From a virus (taxonomy: Duplodnaviria > Caudoviricetes): a stretch of 64,000 bases of DNA. The position numbers and the translations under genes were made by a program. The stretch covers positions 1 through 64,000 of IMG/VR virus record IMGVR_UViG_3300021124_000003. One strand, given 5' to 3'. Shown in pieces: positions 1-9,469 of this stretch (position 1 is its first letter; every line of letters begins with the position of its first letter). The notes under the pieces were generated by a model, which saw only the letters and a program-made list of their open reading frames with translations, did no database searches and was not told the origin of the DNA.

Positions 1-112
1 CCCCCCCCCACGTCGAGCAGCGCGGCCCGTAAGAACGGCACTACGATGTCTTCTCTGACCACTTGCTCGCAGCGCTCGGAGATTATCTTACGAAGCGCTC
101 TCTTCCTGCCTT

Positions 113-562
113 CTAGAGCACGAGCCAGGTCGTTGTCAGATGGACCAGCGCCCCAACGATAAGTCCGGCAGACGCTAGTTCTATGTTGTTCTTCACTAAC
201 CTAGTGAGATGCGTCGTGTAAAAGGACGCAGTCTTACCATAATCGTCTAGATCAGACACGAACGGGAGAGACCAGGCGTTGTGCCCAGCCTGCTCCAACA
301 GCTCTGCACGAACAGTGATGGCGTCGAGAGCTTTGTTGTACCTAGGCGTGTTCCAAGCAAGGAGGACAAGCTCCAAGACCTTCTTGTTTCTGGTTACGAT
401 CTTGGAGTGGCTTTGTGGGACGAACGCGGTAGCGATCTTATAAAACAGCTCAGGGGTATACCCGCCTTTGTACAAGACTGAATCCGTCCCAGCAGGAAGC
501 TTTGCTTGGAGCAGTAATGGCTTGTAAGCAAGGCGAACAGTAGTAGTGCTGCACAAGCGCAT
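113..562 (-). CDS. Hypothetical protein
   Basis: 149-aa ORF starting 2 nt after the helicase stop; no recognisable motif. Confidence 0.5.
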   Translation of the reverse strand: MRLCSTTTVRLAYKPLLLQAKLPAGTDSVLYKGGYTPELFYKIATAFVPQSHSKIVTRNKKVLELVLLAWNTPRYNKALDAITVRAELLEQAGHNAWSLPFVSDLDDYGKTASFYTTHLTRLVKNNIELASAGLIVGALVHLTTTWLVL

Positions 563-564
563 GC

Positions 565-2394
565 CTACACCAACCTCACGTCGAACCCAGCGCCCCTGTA
601 CGCAGCCACGCGCTGTCTTGCGTGCTTTTCCAGCCAGACGCTCCCAGTGTCCCGCACGTCAACGACCTCAAACGTGGTTTTATCTTTGTCAGGTCGCATA
701 CCCCTGCCTATTCTCTGGAGTGCTGCGATCTCAGACTTACCACCCGAACCGATCACAATTCCGCGAAGGACGGGTAGGTCGATACCTTGCTGGAAGATGA
801 CCGAGCAGACGATCACATCGAAGTGCCCTTGCGCCAGCCGTTTGAGCATGCTTGCCCGGTACTCGACCGAATGTGCCCCGAAAGCGAACTCAGCTCGTAC
901 ACCATATCTGCCAAGCATGGCAGCGATCTCTTTACCGTGAGCGATGTTCTTGACGAAGAACAGGGCAGGCTTCTCGATTCGCTGTGTTGCCTGCACAAGA
1001 ACCGTATTACGCGCCACCGAGTCAGTGACTCCTCGTTTATAGACTTCTGCCCAAGTCGCCCCCGGTGGAGCTATGCCCTTTTGGTAGCAAGGGACCATCC
1101 TAACGGTGGGACGGATGATCGTACCCGCGTCGTACAGACGTTCCGGGTCCACCTTGTAGATCACATCCCCTAGCGTTGCGATAGCCAGCATGTTTCGCTG
1201 CCGGTTCTCATCCTTCTCAATGATGGGTAGAGGCGTACCAGAGAACCCAAAGCGGTAGAATGCGCTGAGAGACTGCAATACATTGAAATGCGATCTGGCC
1301 GGCGCGCAATTATGCACGACAATCCCAGCTACGATGTAGGTATTCGTTCCATCGACTTCAAGATTGAAGACAGGCACCCCGGTAGGTTTTGCATCACATC
1401 GCGGTTCCAGAATCTCAACGCTTGCCACCCTAACGCATTGAGCACCACGGTTTTCTGTGGCATTCGAGCAGTCCAGCACAGAACACCCACCAAGCGACTG
1501 AGCCGCCGTCCAACCTCGGTCGGTGAAGAAAGGGTGGCTTCCGGTGCAAGTAATCACTCGCCCATCCTCTAGCCGCACCCGAACGATCTCCGTGCTGAAG
1601 CGCTCAAATGTTCGCAGCACTCGGCGAAGGCAACACTTACCCTCAATGGGATCCCACGAAGGGACAAAATCCCCACTCCTGATTGTCTCGATCGGGTAGT
1701 CACCAACCATAGTACCGCCAACAAAACAGTGCGATTCATCGCAGATCACACCCTGCGTGTACTTTACGATTTGTGACCACCGCGTATCCTTCTTCTGCTT
1801 GGACATCGCGGACGCAAGCGTTGCGAACGTCGCGGACGTGAAACGCTCCCCAAGGGAGAACTCGCCGTCACCGACAATCCCAGCCGTATCGTAGTCACCT
1901 CGGTCGTTGAATATGTTGTGCTCGCGAGCACGCTTGTTGTACCTCTGCGCAGCTTGCTCCATGAGATCCGCCCCAGGGGAGATAACAAGCCACCTACACG
2001 GAAGAGCCCGCGAGAGTGCAACAATTATCTCCGTTTTACCTGATCCAGTTGGAGATTGTACGATCCCACGACTTCTCACCAAGCACGACGTGAGCGCTTC
2101 GGACTGGTAGTCCCGAAGCCAAGCCGTATCCGGCATCGTGTCTGGCTCGCAGGGTTTCACGCGAGCGTCGTGTACCAGCACGACAAACCCCTCCTCGCGT
2201 GCAGCTTTAACAACTCGATCCACGAGGCCGGATGGAAAGGTTCCTTGGATGGAGGAGAACAGTTGAAGCGTGGCGTCCCACTTCTTCAGCCATTGCTTAG
2301 GGTCCTTGACCGTCATGTAACTGCTAAGCCAGCGGTGCTCGTCGTCACTCGCGTCGGTTACGCGAGTGCTCGTTCCCTCAATAGTGAGCCTCAT
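565..2394 (-). CDS. Superfamily 2 (DExH) DNA helicase, intein-containing
   Basis: Q-motif LRDYQ, Walker A SPTGSGKT, motif II DESH, motif III GFSGTP, motif V FQQGIDLP, motif VI QRIGRGMR. Confidence 0.93.
   Translation of the reverse strand: MRLTIEGTSTRVTDASDDEHRWLSSYMTVKDPKQWLKKWDATLQLFSSIQGTFPSGLVDRVVKAAREEGFVVLVHDARVKPCEPDTMPDTAWLRDYQSEALTSCLVRSRGIVQSPTGSGKTEIIVALSRALPCRWLVISPGADLMEQAAQRYNKRAREHNIFNDRGDYDTAGIVGDGEFSLGERFTSATFATLASAMSKQKKDTRWSQIVKYTQGVICDESHCFVGGTMVGDYPIETIRSGDFVPSWDPIEGKCCLRRVLRTFERFSTEIVRVRLEDGRVITCTGSHPFFTDRGWTAAQSLGGCSVLDCSNATENRGAQCVRVASVEILEPRCDAKPTGVPVFNLEVDGTNTYIVAGIVVHNCAPARSHFNVLQSLSAFYRFGFSGTPLPIIEKDENRQRNMLAIATLGDVIYKVDPERLYDAGTIIRPTVRMVPCYQKGIAPPGATWAEVYKRGVTDSVARNTVLVQATQRIEKPALFFVKNIAHGKEIAAMLGRYGVRAEFAFGAHSVEYRASMLKRLAQGHFDVIVCSVIFQQGIDLPVLRGIVIGSGGKSEIAALQRIGRGMRPDKDKTTFEVVDVRDTGSVWLEKHARQRVAAYRGAGFDVRLV
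1309..1728 (-). other. Mini-intein (140 aa, no endonuclease domain) in the helicase
   Basis: Starts CFVGGT right after DESH. Block B-like ITCTGSHPFF, block F VFNLEVDGTNTY, ends VVHN followed by Cys(+1). Confidence 0.93.
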
Positions 2395-2453
2395 TCAGTT
2401 TCCTTGTGTGTTGTGGTGTTCATTTGGTTTGTGTCTCCTCGTAGGGCTACCGA

Positions 2454-2816
2454 TCAGCGTTTTTCTTGTTTGTACTTGGGAACATTCTCCACAGCGGATC
2501 TAACAAACGTCTCCCACATCCCCATCCGAGCCATTGTGACCATAGCGTCGAACAAAACAAGATCGTTGTTCATGGCCCACACAAGAGCAGACATGTTCGG
2601 TTTACTAATGAACCTTCCGTCTTTCCCTAGGTCGTTGATCAAACCGTAGAGTTCCCGCGAGATCCAATTGGTCGTCTGTACGCCGTTGATGCTGCTAGGG
2701 GGTTCTTGAACAAGAACCTCGGCGCCACACGCAGCAAAGGCGTCCGCGTCAGCAACAGAGATCATTCCAGCATCGCGCAGCTCGTCTGTCGACTTCGTAG
2801 TCCGAATTAGAGGCAT
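2454..2816 (-). CDS. Hypothetical protein
   Basis: 120-aa ORF overlapping its neighbour in operon fashion. Confidence 0.65.
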   Translation of the reverse strand: MPLIRTTKSTDELRDAGMISVADADAFAACGAEVLVQEPPSSINGVQTTNWISRELYGLINDLGKDGRFISKPNMSALVWAMNNDLVLFDAMVTMARMGMWETFVRSAVENVPKYKQEKR

Positions 2817-3094
2817 GATGCACCTTCTTCCGCCAGCTTAGCTTGAACCTTTACACGATCTTTTTCCGACATGTGCCGGTACGCATAGAGGAAGACAGAC
2901 CCGATGCTCACGTAGTGGAAGCGAAGGACACGAACACCGGATAGTTCTTCTTTCGCAACCAACCTATGGATCGTCTGGATGCAGGACGCGAGACCGCACT
3001 CCACAAGCAAGCGAGGCGTTGCGTAGCCTTTGCTCAGCATCTCCTTGTGCCGAGCGGCGAGGAGAGCCTGCTTGCCCACGTCAGTCTGCACCAA
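2807..3094 (-). CDS. Small putative DNA-binding (excisionase-like HTH) protein
   Basis: 95 aa; QTIHRLVAKEELSGVRV resembles MerR/Xis-type winged-helix segments. Confidence 0.45.
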   Translation of the reverse strand: MVQTDVGKQALLAARHKEMLSKGYATPRLLVECGLASCIQTIHRLVAKEELSGVRVLRFHYVSIGSVFLYAYRHMSEKDRVKVQAKLAEEGASCL

Positions 3095-3713
3095 CGACGG
3101 CGAGTACCCCGGCTGTAAGGTCCCCAGATCCAGCCTTGCGGAAGAAACGCTTGACTTTGGCCATGTCAGCCTTGGTCTTGAACTGAATCTCCAGCATGAA
3201 AGGCTTCACCTCGGAGGGGGTATCGATTGGTGCTTCGTCCGGCGTGTTGAGCAACCCCTCCGGGGTGGCATCATACGTGCGAAGCAGGTCAGCAAGCTCC
3301 CGCTCAGAGAACCCAGTGAGTGTCAGCTCATCGAGAGTCCACCCGGCTTCTTTGAGGATCTGCATCTCAGCGGTAGCTTTTCCTAGAGAAAGATCCCCTC
3401 TCAATTGGTTCATACCGAGAGCGAGCGCTCTCGCTTGCTCGTCGCTCATATCCTCTACGATGCAAGGAATGAGCGTCATACCAAGCTCCTTAGCCCCAGC
3501 CATGCGGTGATGACCGTCTATCACCTCGAAGCGGTCACCCTTCGGGCGAACGAGTACAGGTTGGAGGAACCCGACTTTCTTGATCGCGTTAACGAGCAGC
3601 TTGAACCTCACAGGGTCCATCTCGTTTGCGTTGGTCTCTCGGCTGTCGATGAGTGATAGATCGATCACGCGGGAGTTCTTCTGGTTACTACTGACAAGCG
3701 CATTCTTCGTCAT
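3081..3713 (-). CDS. ParB/Srx N-terminal-domain protein (phage type)
   Basis: NANEM...GFLQPVLVR...VIDGHHR...MNQLRG, followed by the phage-typical LTLTGFSEREL tail. Confidence 0.88.
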   Translation of the reverse strand: MTKNALVSSNQKNSRVIDLSLIDSRETNANEMDPVRFKLLVNAIKKVGFLQPVLVRPKGDRFEVIDGHHRMAGAKELGMTLIPCIVEDMSDEQARALALGMNQLRGDLSLGKATAEMQILKEAGWTLDELTLTGFSERELADLLRTYDATPEGLLNTPDEAPIDTPSEVKPFMLEIQFKTKADMAKVKRFFRKAGSGDLTAGVLAVVGAD

Positions 3714-4153
3714 GCTGTTTCCTCTGGGTGTTGTACCTGTTTCGCGTGGTCTACACGGAGCAGGTATTCACGGAACTCGGATATGTTTCGGCCGAATAGC
3801 TCGTATCTAGCCAGGAGCGCGTCCTGCGCTCCTGGGTTAGCGTCCAGCCACACCTTCAGGTTGCTGTAGAACGCTTGCCCACACGCAAGGAGGGCAGCTA
3901 CATCCCCAGGGCAGTACACGAGACTCGCGTCCCGTGTGGAGTAAACCTCCTCGTGCGGTATGCCGTAGTGGAGCAGTAGCCCGACGTCCCAGCTCCCCGC
4001 TTCCCACCCAAGCTCTCGTAGTTCCCGGCGTCGTTTCGCCCCGGTACACTTCTTCGACTGCTGGTGTCTCTTTAGGTACGAGCTGTCCGTTGTGTAGCCA
4101 CAGTGTGGACATTGCGAGGCAGTTCCTACGCGGCTGTAGCTGGTGCGGGCCAA
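3710..4153 (-). CDS. Hypothetical protein with N-terminal Cys/His zinc-finger-like segment
   Basis: CPHCGY...LKRHQQSKKC; overlaps the next start codon. Confidence 0.6.
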   Translation of the reverse strand: MARTSYSRVGTASQCPHCGYTTDSSYLKRHQQSKKCTGAKRRRELRELGWEAGSWDVGLLLHYGIPHEEVYSTRDASLVYCPGDVAALLACGQAFYSNLKVWLDANPGAQDALLARYELFGRNISEFREYLLRVDHAKQVQHPEETA

Positions 4154-4199
4154 GGAACAAGACTACACTTTTGGTAGCGCCGATGCTACCAAAAACGTC

Positions 4200-4676
4200 C
4201 TACTTGTCGAGCTTATCGAGGTCTACCAGGCGGCAGCAGACGCTTCGCTCCCCACGAAGTTTAGCTGCAACCGCACGGTGATGCCCGTCCCAGATCACTC
4301 TGCGTCCGTCGCGCTGTAGGACGATTGGGCGATCCACAGGGACGCCTGTCCTTGGGTTGGTAGCACCAGGTTCGACCAACTGCGGGTACTGGATATACTC
4401 TGCTACCCGCGATTCTCGTACACTATGCTGGATCGCGTATAGCCCGCGAATTGGAGTGGTAACACACGGAGCTGACTCGATGGCTCGGTTGATCTCGCTG
4501 TTCGTGAACCCGTGCCTAACGGTTTCTCTGTCGATAAAGGGAAAGGGAACAGCCCTACCGTGGCCTGTAGCAGACTCAGGTAGACCGTCTAGGTCTCGAA
4601 GAGCTACTCGGGTGGTGTCCGATCTGGAGTGGACCCATGCCCCGAGCCGAGACGCGCTACTCCCCTCAGCTTCCAT
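4200..4676 (-). CDS. Second ParB/Srx-like domain protein
   Basis: RPIVLQRDGRRVIWDGHHRAVAAKLRG signature. Confidence 0.75.
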   Translation of the reverse strand: MEAEGSSASRLGAWVHSRSDTTRVALRDLDGLPESATGHGRAVPFPFIDRETVRHGFTNSEINRAIESAPCVTTPIRGLYAIQHSVRESRVAEYIQYPQLVEPGATNPRTGVPVDRPIVLQRDGRRVIWDGHHRAVAAKLRGERSVCCRLVDLDKLDK

Positions 4677-4696
4677 TTGTGCAGTGTAGCGCGAAG

Positions 4697-5416
4697 TTAC
4701 CTACCAGATGAGCCGAACCCGTTGTCACCGCGAGGTGTGGGGCTCAACTCGGGTACAGGGAAAGGGTTCATACGCAGCGCTGGGAGAAGAACAAGCTGCG
4801 CGAGTTTATCCCCCTGCAAGATCCGGTGAACTTCGTGGCCGCGATTGTGGATATTGACGCAGATTTCCCCACGGTAGCCGGGGTCAATCGTTCCTACCTC
4901 GGCGACAACCCCTTTCGAGGCGAGCCCCGATCTAGGCATAACGAAAGCAAACACGTCAGGGGGAAACTGCACAGACACACCCGTACAAACCTTCATTCGA
5001 TCCCCTGGGCGAACTTGTACAAAGTCGAGCGGCATCCCGTGCGTATCAGCACCGATGTCAGCGCAGAGGTCTAACCCAACGTCGCTGTCATGCGCTCTGG
5101 TTGGGATCCTAGATGTTCGTGAGATCATCATTGGGAGTAAACGACCCCCTGTTGGCCCGGCTTGGGTACTCTGCGTGGCCTGGATGTAAACCCTGTACGA
5201 CTCCAAGAGAGCTGTCAGACGGCCCTGGAGCGCGTCTCGTTGCTGCCGGACGTGCAACAGCTCGGACAACGCCCTGCGAATCCTAGGGTCGTCCGTCAGG
5301 ATGCCCATGTCGGCGTCGAGCGCTTCCACCATGTCAGCCACGTCAGAGAAATCCAGTGGGTTCACCACGTCCGCCTTGAGCATCGCGATAACCGTGTTGA
5401 CCTGATCCTTATTCAT
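4697..5416 (-). CDS. dut: Trimeric dUTPase with ~95-aa N-terminal extension
   Basis: All five motifs: GLDL, PRSGLA, GTIDPGYRGEI, GDKLAQL, RGDNGFGSSG. Confidence 0.95.
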   Translation of the reverse strand: MNKDQVNTVIAMLKADVVNPLDFSDVADMVEALDADMGILTDDPRIRRALSELLHVRQQRDALQGRLTALLESYRVYIQATQSTQAGPTGGRLLPMMISRTSRIPTRAHDSDVGLDLCADIGADTHGMPLDFVQVRPGDRMKVCTGVSVQFPPDVFAFVMPRSGLASKGVVAEVGTIDPGYRGEICVNIHNRGHEVHRILQGDKLAQLVLLPALRMNPFPVPELSPTPRGDNGFGSSGR

Positions 5417-5501
5417 TTCGTCGCTTTCCTCTTGACAGGTGATCCCTAGTACACAAATGTAAGCAAATGGATCAAGGCTAAGCCTTTAGGAGACCGAGAC
5501 C

Positions 5502-5693
5502 ATGTTTACCAAGACAGATATGTTCGTTCCGCGTGTGACTGTCCAAGCCGAGTTAGCGATCCTTCGGGGAAAGCCGGACGAAGCGAGACGCATTGTAGAG
5601 TGCGCCATGGTCGCCCACAACGACCCAACGGCTCTGGCTAGGCTGCTTGAATGGGTCAACGAGCACGAAACTCTGGCAAGCGCCGCTGCTTAG
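5502..5693 (+). CDS. Small hypothetical protein (opposite strand)
   Basis: 63 aa, AGGAGA ribosome-binding site upstream, TTGACA at 5432; fills the gap between minus-strand genes. Confidence 0.6.
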   Translation: MFTKTDMFVPRVTVQAELAILRGKPDEARRIVECAMVAHNDPTALARLLEWVNEHETLASAAA

Positions 5694-6160
5694 TTTAGAC
5701 CGCGCACTCCAGCAGAATTGATCTTTGCGGTTGCATCTTTTGCGTGCGGGCACACCACAAGGAGTGACACCCCGTACACGGTGAACACCGCGAGGTACAT
5801 CTGTCCCTTTGGAGCTGGGTCTGAGACCAGGATGGCCATAGCCCCCGTGGAGTCCCCGACGAGCTGCCCGCGTTCACCGACAAGCTTGCCGGTAAATCGG
5901 TCTGTCTCCGGTGCGGTATGCCTACCCGATGTGCGCTGGGTCTCTGTCGAGACGAGAGCGCGCACAAGGGCCATACGCTCGCAGGCAACGAGCTTGCACT
6001 CCCCACCACCGACGTCTCCTATGAACATAGCGATGTCCTCCGCGGGTACACCCTTGGAGAGCATCTCCATGTACGTTTGCCGGATCGCAGGCTCGTAGGT
6101 ATCTGCGATCAGCATCGCGGTCTGAAACTTCTGGGGGAGTGTATCGTCACCTGCGCGCAT
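5690..6160 (-). CDS. Hypothetical protein
   Basis: 156-aa ORF with GAGG ribosome-binding site. Confidence 0.6.
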   Translation of the reverse strand: MRAGDDTLPQKFQTAMLIADTYEPAIRQTYMEMLSKGVPAEDIAMFIGDVGGGECKLVACERMALVRALVSTETQRTSGRHTAPETDRFTGKLVGERGQLVGDSTGAMAILVSDPAPKGQMYLAVFTVYGVSLLVVCPHAKDATAKINSAGVRGLN

Positions 6161-6234
6161 GTGCAGTACCTCACTGGTACTCTACTATACGCTACCAAAA
6201 GCTCAGACGGAAGTAACACGAGGAGCTACTACCA

Positions 6235-7911
6235 CTATCGACTCATAATACCGATCCCAAGTGGGGTGCGACTCTCCTGTTCCTCGGGTTCTCGTCCCCC
6301 AGCGGCGCCCCATTCCCTTGCCATCGCGATGGCAAACCACATCGCCATCAATGTGTCTTCCGTGTGCCGAGCTGGTTCGTAGTACAGCATCGCATCGATC
6401 AAACGCTGCACATTCTTGTGGCAAACCCCTCTGGAGTTGTTTGGAAAAAGCCACGCCCCGTTAAAAACCTCAACGAAGATCGCTTCTACACCATGCTCGG
6501 GATGCGCCTTGTTTCGGCCGGTTACGTGTGGTTTAATCGGGAGAGACCTGTCGCGATCAAGAGCGAATTGACGCAAAAACTCTTGAGCGGCGTTAGATTC
6601 CACACGAATAACGGAGTTATAGCGCTCGTGCTTCTCGAACAGCTTCTTAACCGTGGTAGGGCCGTCAAACTTACCAACGTCAATGTCGAGGATCCGCCTG
6701 TACCCTTTGGGGAGGATCTCAATTGTGACGAATGCGGTGTCGTCGCTCTCTTCGCCCGGGGAGATAGCTAGATCGACACCTGTGAACGTAAGGTTCTTCC
6801 CGGTGTACTGCGAGACGAGGCCAGTCACACCCATGTCGCGAGCGCGCTTCATGCAGGCGTCGATCCACTCCTGCTTGCACCGGGATGTCTCATCATCCCG
6901 GCAAATCCCCATGAAGAGCTGGTTGTACCTAGCGGGTGTGTGCTCCCTACGCGCCTTCTCGATTTGATCGTGCCCCATACGTTCGGGCCAAAGCGGAATG
7001 GAATTGGTAGGGTCTGGATCATGCGCTGTAAGCCGGCACTGAAGGTTGTTCACGAGATCGTTTGGGTCCGCTGGCCGTAGCCTGTCGGTATCCCACGGGG
7101 GTAGACCCGACGCGATCCGCTCAACGTCGTCTCGGATATAGATCGATCCATCGATCCCCATCCGAAGAACTGCCCATCCTTTCTTTTCCAGACGATGGAC
7201 AAGATCGTTTGGGTGCCACGCAGTGTTCGTAACAACGACTCGACCCCCCCTAGGGTCAAGACGTGCGAGCACAATCGAGTCGAACCAATCACAAACCTTA
7301 TCGCGCTGTTCCTTCGTAGCAGTGTTCTCGCGGTCTAGGATGTCGTCAACGATGATCCAGCTTAGGCGGGCGCCAGCGATAGCACCGTCTACACCAACAG
7401 CAACAAGGCTAGGGTCTCGAATGCCAGGGGGCCGGGTGACAGTGATAGCAGTCTGAGTCCACTGGTCCCGTTCATTCCGGGTGAGCCCAAAGACTGCATG
7501 GAGCATCGAATTGCTCTCAATGTAATCCCGAACCATTCCAACTACTTTTGTCGCCTGGAGCTGCGTAGCAGAGACAACAGCTCCTCGAACGGTAGGGTCT
7601 CTCCCGAGAAAGTACAAAGACAAACCGGCCATGGACCAAGTTTTTGCTGTACCGATCGGTAAGACCACAACACACCGTTCGTGACTCATAACGAAGTCGA
7701 GAAGCACCTCTTGGTGTGGTGCGACTGTGACCGGCTCCTGGGTTAGCTCGGCACGCATACACAGATTGAAGAACGCTACAGGATCGTTACGCGCCTCTGC
7801 GAGCGCAAACTGAGCCATGTCCAAGAGACGCTCCGCGTCCTGGGCGTCCGTCTCGGGGACACCAGACTCGTCGTCATCCTCGATCTCAAGCTCTGCTGAC
7901 TCTGCGGTCAT
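6235..7911 (-). CDS. terL: Terminase large subunit
   Basis: P-loop variant LPIGTAKT, Walker B WIIVDD, coupling motif VTNTAWH, RNase H-like nuclease GVDLA...DDTAF...EDTLMA. Confidence 0.93.
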   Translation of the reverse strand: MTAESAELEIEDDDESGVPETDAQDAERLLDMAQFALAEARNDPVAFFNLCMRAELTQEPVTVAPHQEVLLDFVMSHERCVVVLPIGTAKTWSMAGLSLYFLGRDPTVRGAVVSATQLQATKVVGMVRDYIESNSMLHAVFGLTRNERDQWTQTAITVTRPPGIRDPSLVAVGVDGAIAGARLSWIIVDDILDRENTATKEQRDKVCDWFDSIVLARLDPRGGRVVVTNTAWHPNDLVHRLEKKGWAVLRMGIDGSIYIRDDVERIASGLPPWDTDRLRPADPNDLVNNLQCRLTAHDPDPTNSIPLWPERMGHDQIEKARREHTPARYNQLFMGICRDDETSRCKQEWIDACMKRARDMGVTGLVSQYTGKNLTFTGVDLAISPGEESDDTAFVTIEILPKGYRRILDIDVGKFDGPTTVKKLFEKHERYNSVIRVESNAAQEFLRQFALDRDRSLPIKPHVTGRNKAHPEHGVEAIFVEVFNGAWLFPNNSRGVCHKNVQRLIDAMLYYEPARHTEDTLMAMWFAIAMAREWGAAGGREPEEQESRTPLGIGIMSR

Positions 7912-8513
7912 TTGTCTGGCTCTATAGGAGTTGCGATAGCCTCGATGATCTTATCTTTGTCGAGCACGGGCTTAGGGCCGAATATCTTCTCTTTGGTGCG
8001 CGAAGCCCTGAACTCATTGAACTTCTCGTATTTCTTCTCGAAGAGCGCGATCTGGGCTGGGGTCATGTTCGCGGCGACGTGGACGATGGCCTGCGAGACC
8101 GTCACATCGAAGTCAAGCTTGATCGGGTCTCGTGTTCCCTGAAGGTCAGCTAGCAGACCCTCGAACTTCGCGAGCGCGCCAAAGTTGGGAGGGATGGACG
8201 TCTGCTCACCGCTTGGTGACTGCACAACACCACCACGAGCGACCTTGATGTACCCCATGAGCCTTCGGATCTGCGCACTCTTCCACGACGCTCTAGACTC
8301 GGAGTCTTCGGACAGCCAACGCGCACGTATTTTGCGCATCAGCTCCGTCGTTTTTGCTGCTGTGATCGATAGGTGCTTCTTGGCTTGCTCGCAGACTTGG
8401 GAAGTGGCCAGCCCGGACAGCATCAGCGCTTCTACCGTACGAAGCCGATGCTCCACTACGTGCAGCGGCACCTTCGGTGGGGAAAACTTTGTGATGTCGC
8501 CTTCGTCTCCCAC
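7908..8513 (-). CDS. Probable terminase small subunit
   Basis: N-terminal HTH-like helical region; 4-nt overlap with the terL start. Confidence 0.65.
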   Translation of the reverse strand: MGDEGDITKFSPPKVPLHVVEHRLRTVEALMLSGLATSQVCEQAKKHLSITAAKTTELMRKIRARWLSEDSESRASWKSAQIRRLMGYIKVARGGVVQSPSGEQTSIPPNFGALAKFEGLLADLQGTRDPIKLDFDVTVSQAIVHVAANMTPAQIALFEKKYEKFNEFRASRTKEKIFGPKPVLDKDKIIEAIATPIEPDK

Positions 8514-8522
8514 AAGCTACTC

Positions 8523-9056
8523 CTACCCGGAACACGCAGCGATAGCTGCATCGTCGAATCCTCGCGCAAACCCGGATCCTGTAGGGTAGCAAACAGCAGT
8601 AGTAGCCGTGCCGTTAAGCAACCCAGCGAACTGTACAAGATCGCACAGATCCCTGCTGCCAACAACCGTCGCACGAAGTCGAAGACCTTGCAACACCCGG
8701 TACGCTCTCTCGGGCGTGGTCGACGAGCCGTCCCTAGGGAAGCACAGCAAGGCACGCTTTGGGGTCGCCAAGGCCGGCCAAGGCTTGGGCTGGTCCACAC
8801 GACTAGGACGTTTGAAAAGGCCCCACAACAGCGCCTTGGCGGGGGCGGCTGGCTTGGGGAGGACAGCCTGGGCCAGCTCCTTAGCTGCAACGCCAGCCTG
8901 GTCCGGCGGGAAGGACGCTACGAGCCTTGCAGCGCGCGTGTCTGGGCCTAGCCCTATGATCAGGTCGTGCTCCTCGTGGGTAAACGCAAGCAGTCTGGAT
9001 AGCGCACCAGCTACCCACTCCTGATCTGAGAGAGACCCGATAACGAGCACTCTCAT
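8523..9056 (-). CDS. Hypothetical protein (N-terminus weakly SLOG/YspA-like)
   Basis: MRVLVIGS...LIIGLG pattern only; assignment weak. Confidence 0.45.
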   Translation of the reverse strand: MRVLVIGSLSDQEWVAGALSRLLAFTHEEHDLIIGLGPDTRAARLVASFPPDQAGVAAKELAQAVLPKPAAPAKALLWGLFKRPSRVDQPKPWPALATPKRALLCFPRDGSSTTPERAYRVLQGLRLRATVVGSRDLCDLVQFAGLLNGTATTAVCYPTGSGFARGFDDAAIAACSG

Positions 9057-9469
9057 CCGATGACCTCTTGCACCTGGTCACCCCCTATGGTGGTGGCTTG
9101 TGCGGTCAGAAGCGTGACTAGGATCTTAATCGCGGTAGACATGTCCACACCGAGACTTGCTGCATACTTGGCAGTTTCAACCAAGTACGCCTTGAGAGCA
9201 CTGCCAGCTCCGTAAAAGAATGACAGCCCCTTCGCGTCGATCTCTAGAAAGTTCTCCGGTTCAGCTATAAGAGCATTCCCATCGTCCAGCTCTATGACGG
9301 TGCAGTTGAACACCGTTGGGTCCTTGTTCTCTTCGTTGGAGTACGTCTGCGGTGGGTACACCTTGATCGCCAGCCCCGCGGCACCGAGGCAATGGAAGAG
9401 AATCTTCTTTCCAGCGACGCACTCGTTAGCCCAGCTAAGACTTCCGGCAGGGGGCTGTACAGCAGTCAT
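9053..9469 (-). CDS. Hypothetical protein
   Basis: Start placed at ATG 9469 (ATGA overlap with upstream stop, GGAG ribosome-binding site). Confidence 0.65.
   Translation of the reverse strand: MTAVQPPAGSLSWANECVAGKKILFHCLGAAGLAIKVYPPQTYSNEENKDPTVFNCTVIELDDGNALIAEPENFLEIDAKGLSFFYGAGSALKAYLVETAKYAASLGVDMSTAIKILVTLLTAQATTIGGDQVQEVIG

Noticed and set aside
1-200. Open minus-strand frame running off the left edge (VSEEQH...LARALEGRKRALRK...LDVGG), overlapping 113-562, plus the initial C9 run; possible frameshift or circular junction
   Set aside because: No start codon or slippery site was identified, and the window edge prevents evaluation. Joining the two window ends is unjustified for a fixed-size window.
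2391-2423. 10-codon mini-ORF MNTTTHKETE with a strong ribosome-binding site, coupled to the helicase start
   Set aside because: Probably just a translational-coupling spacer; nothing supports a regulatory peptide.
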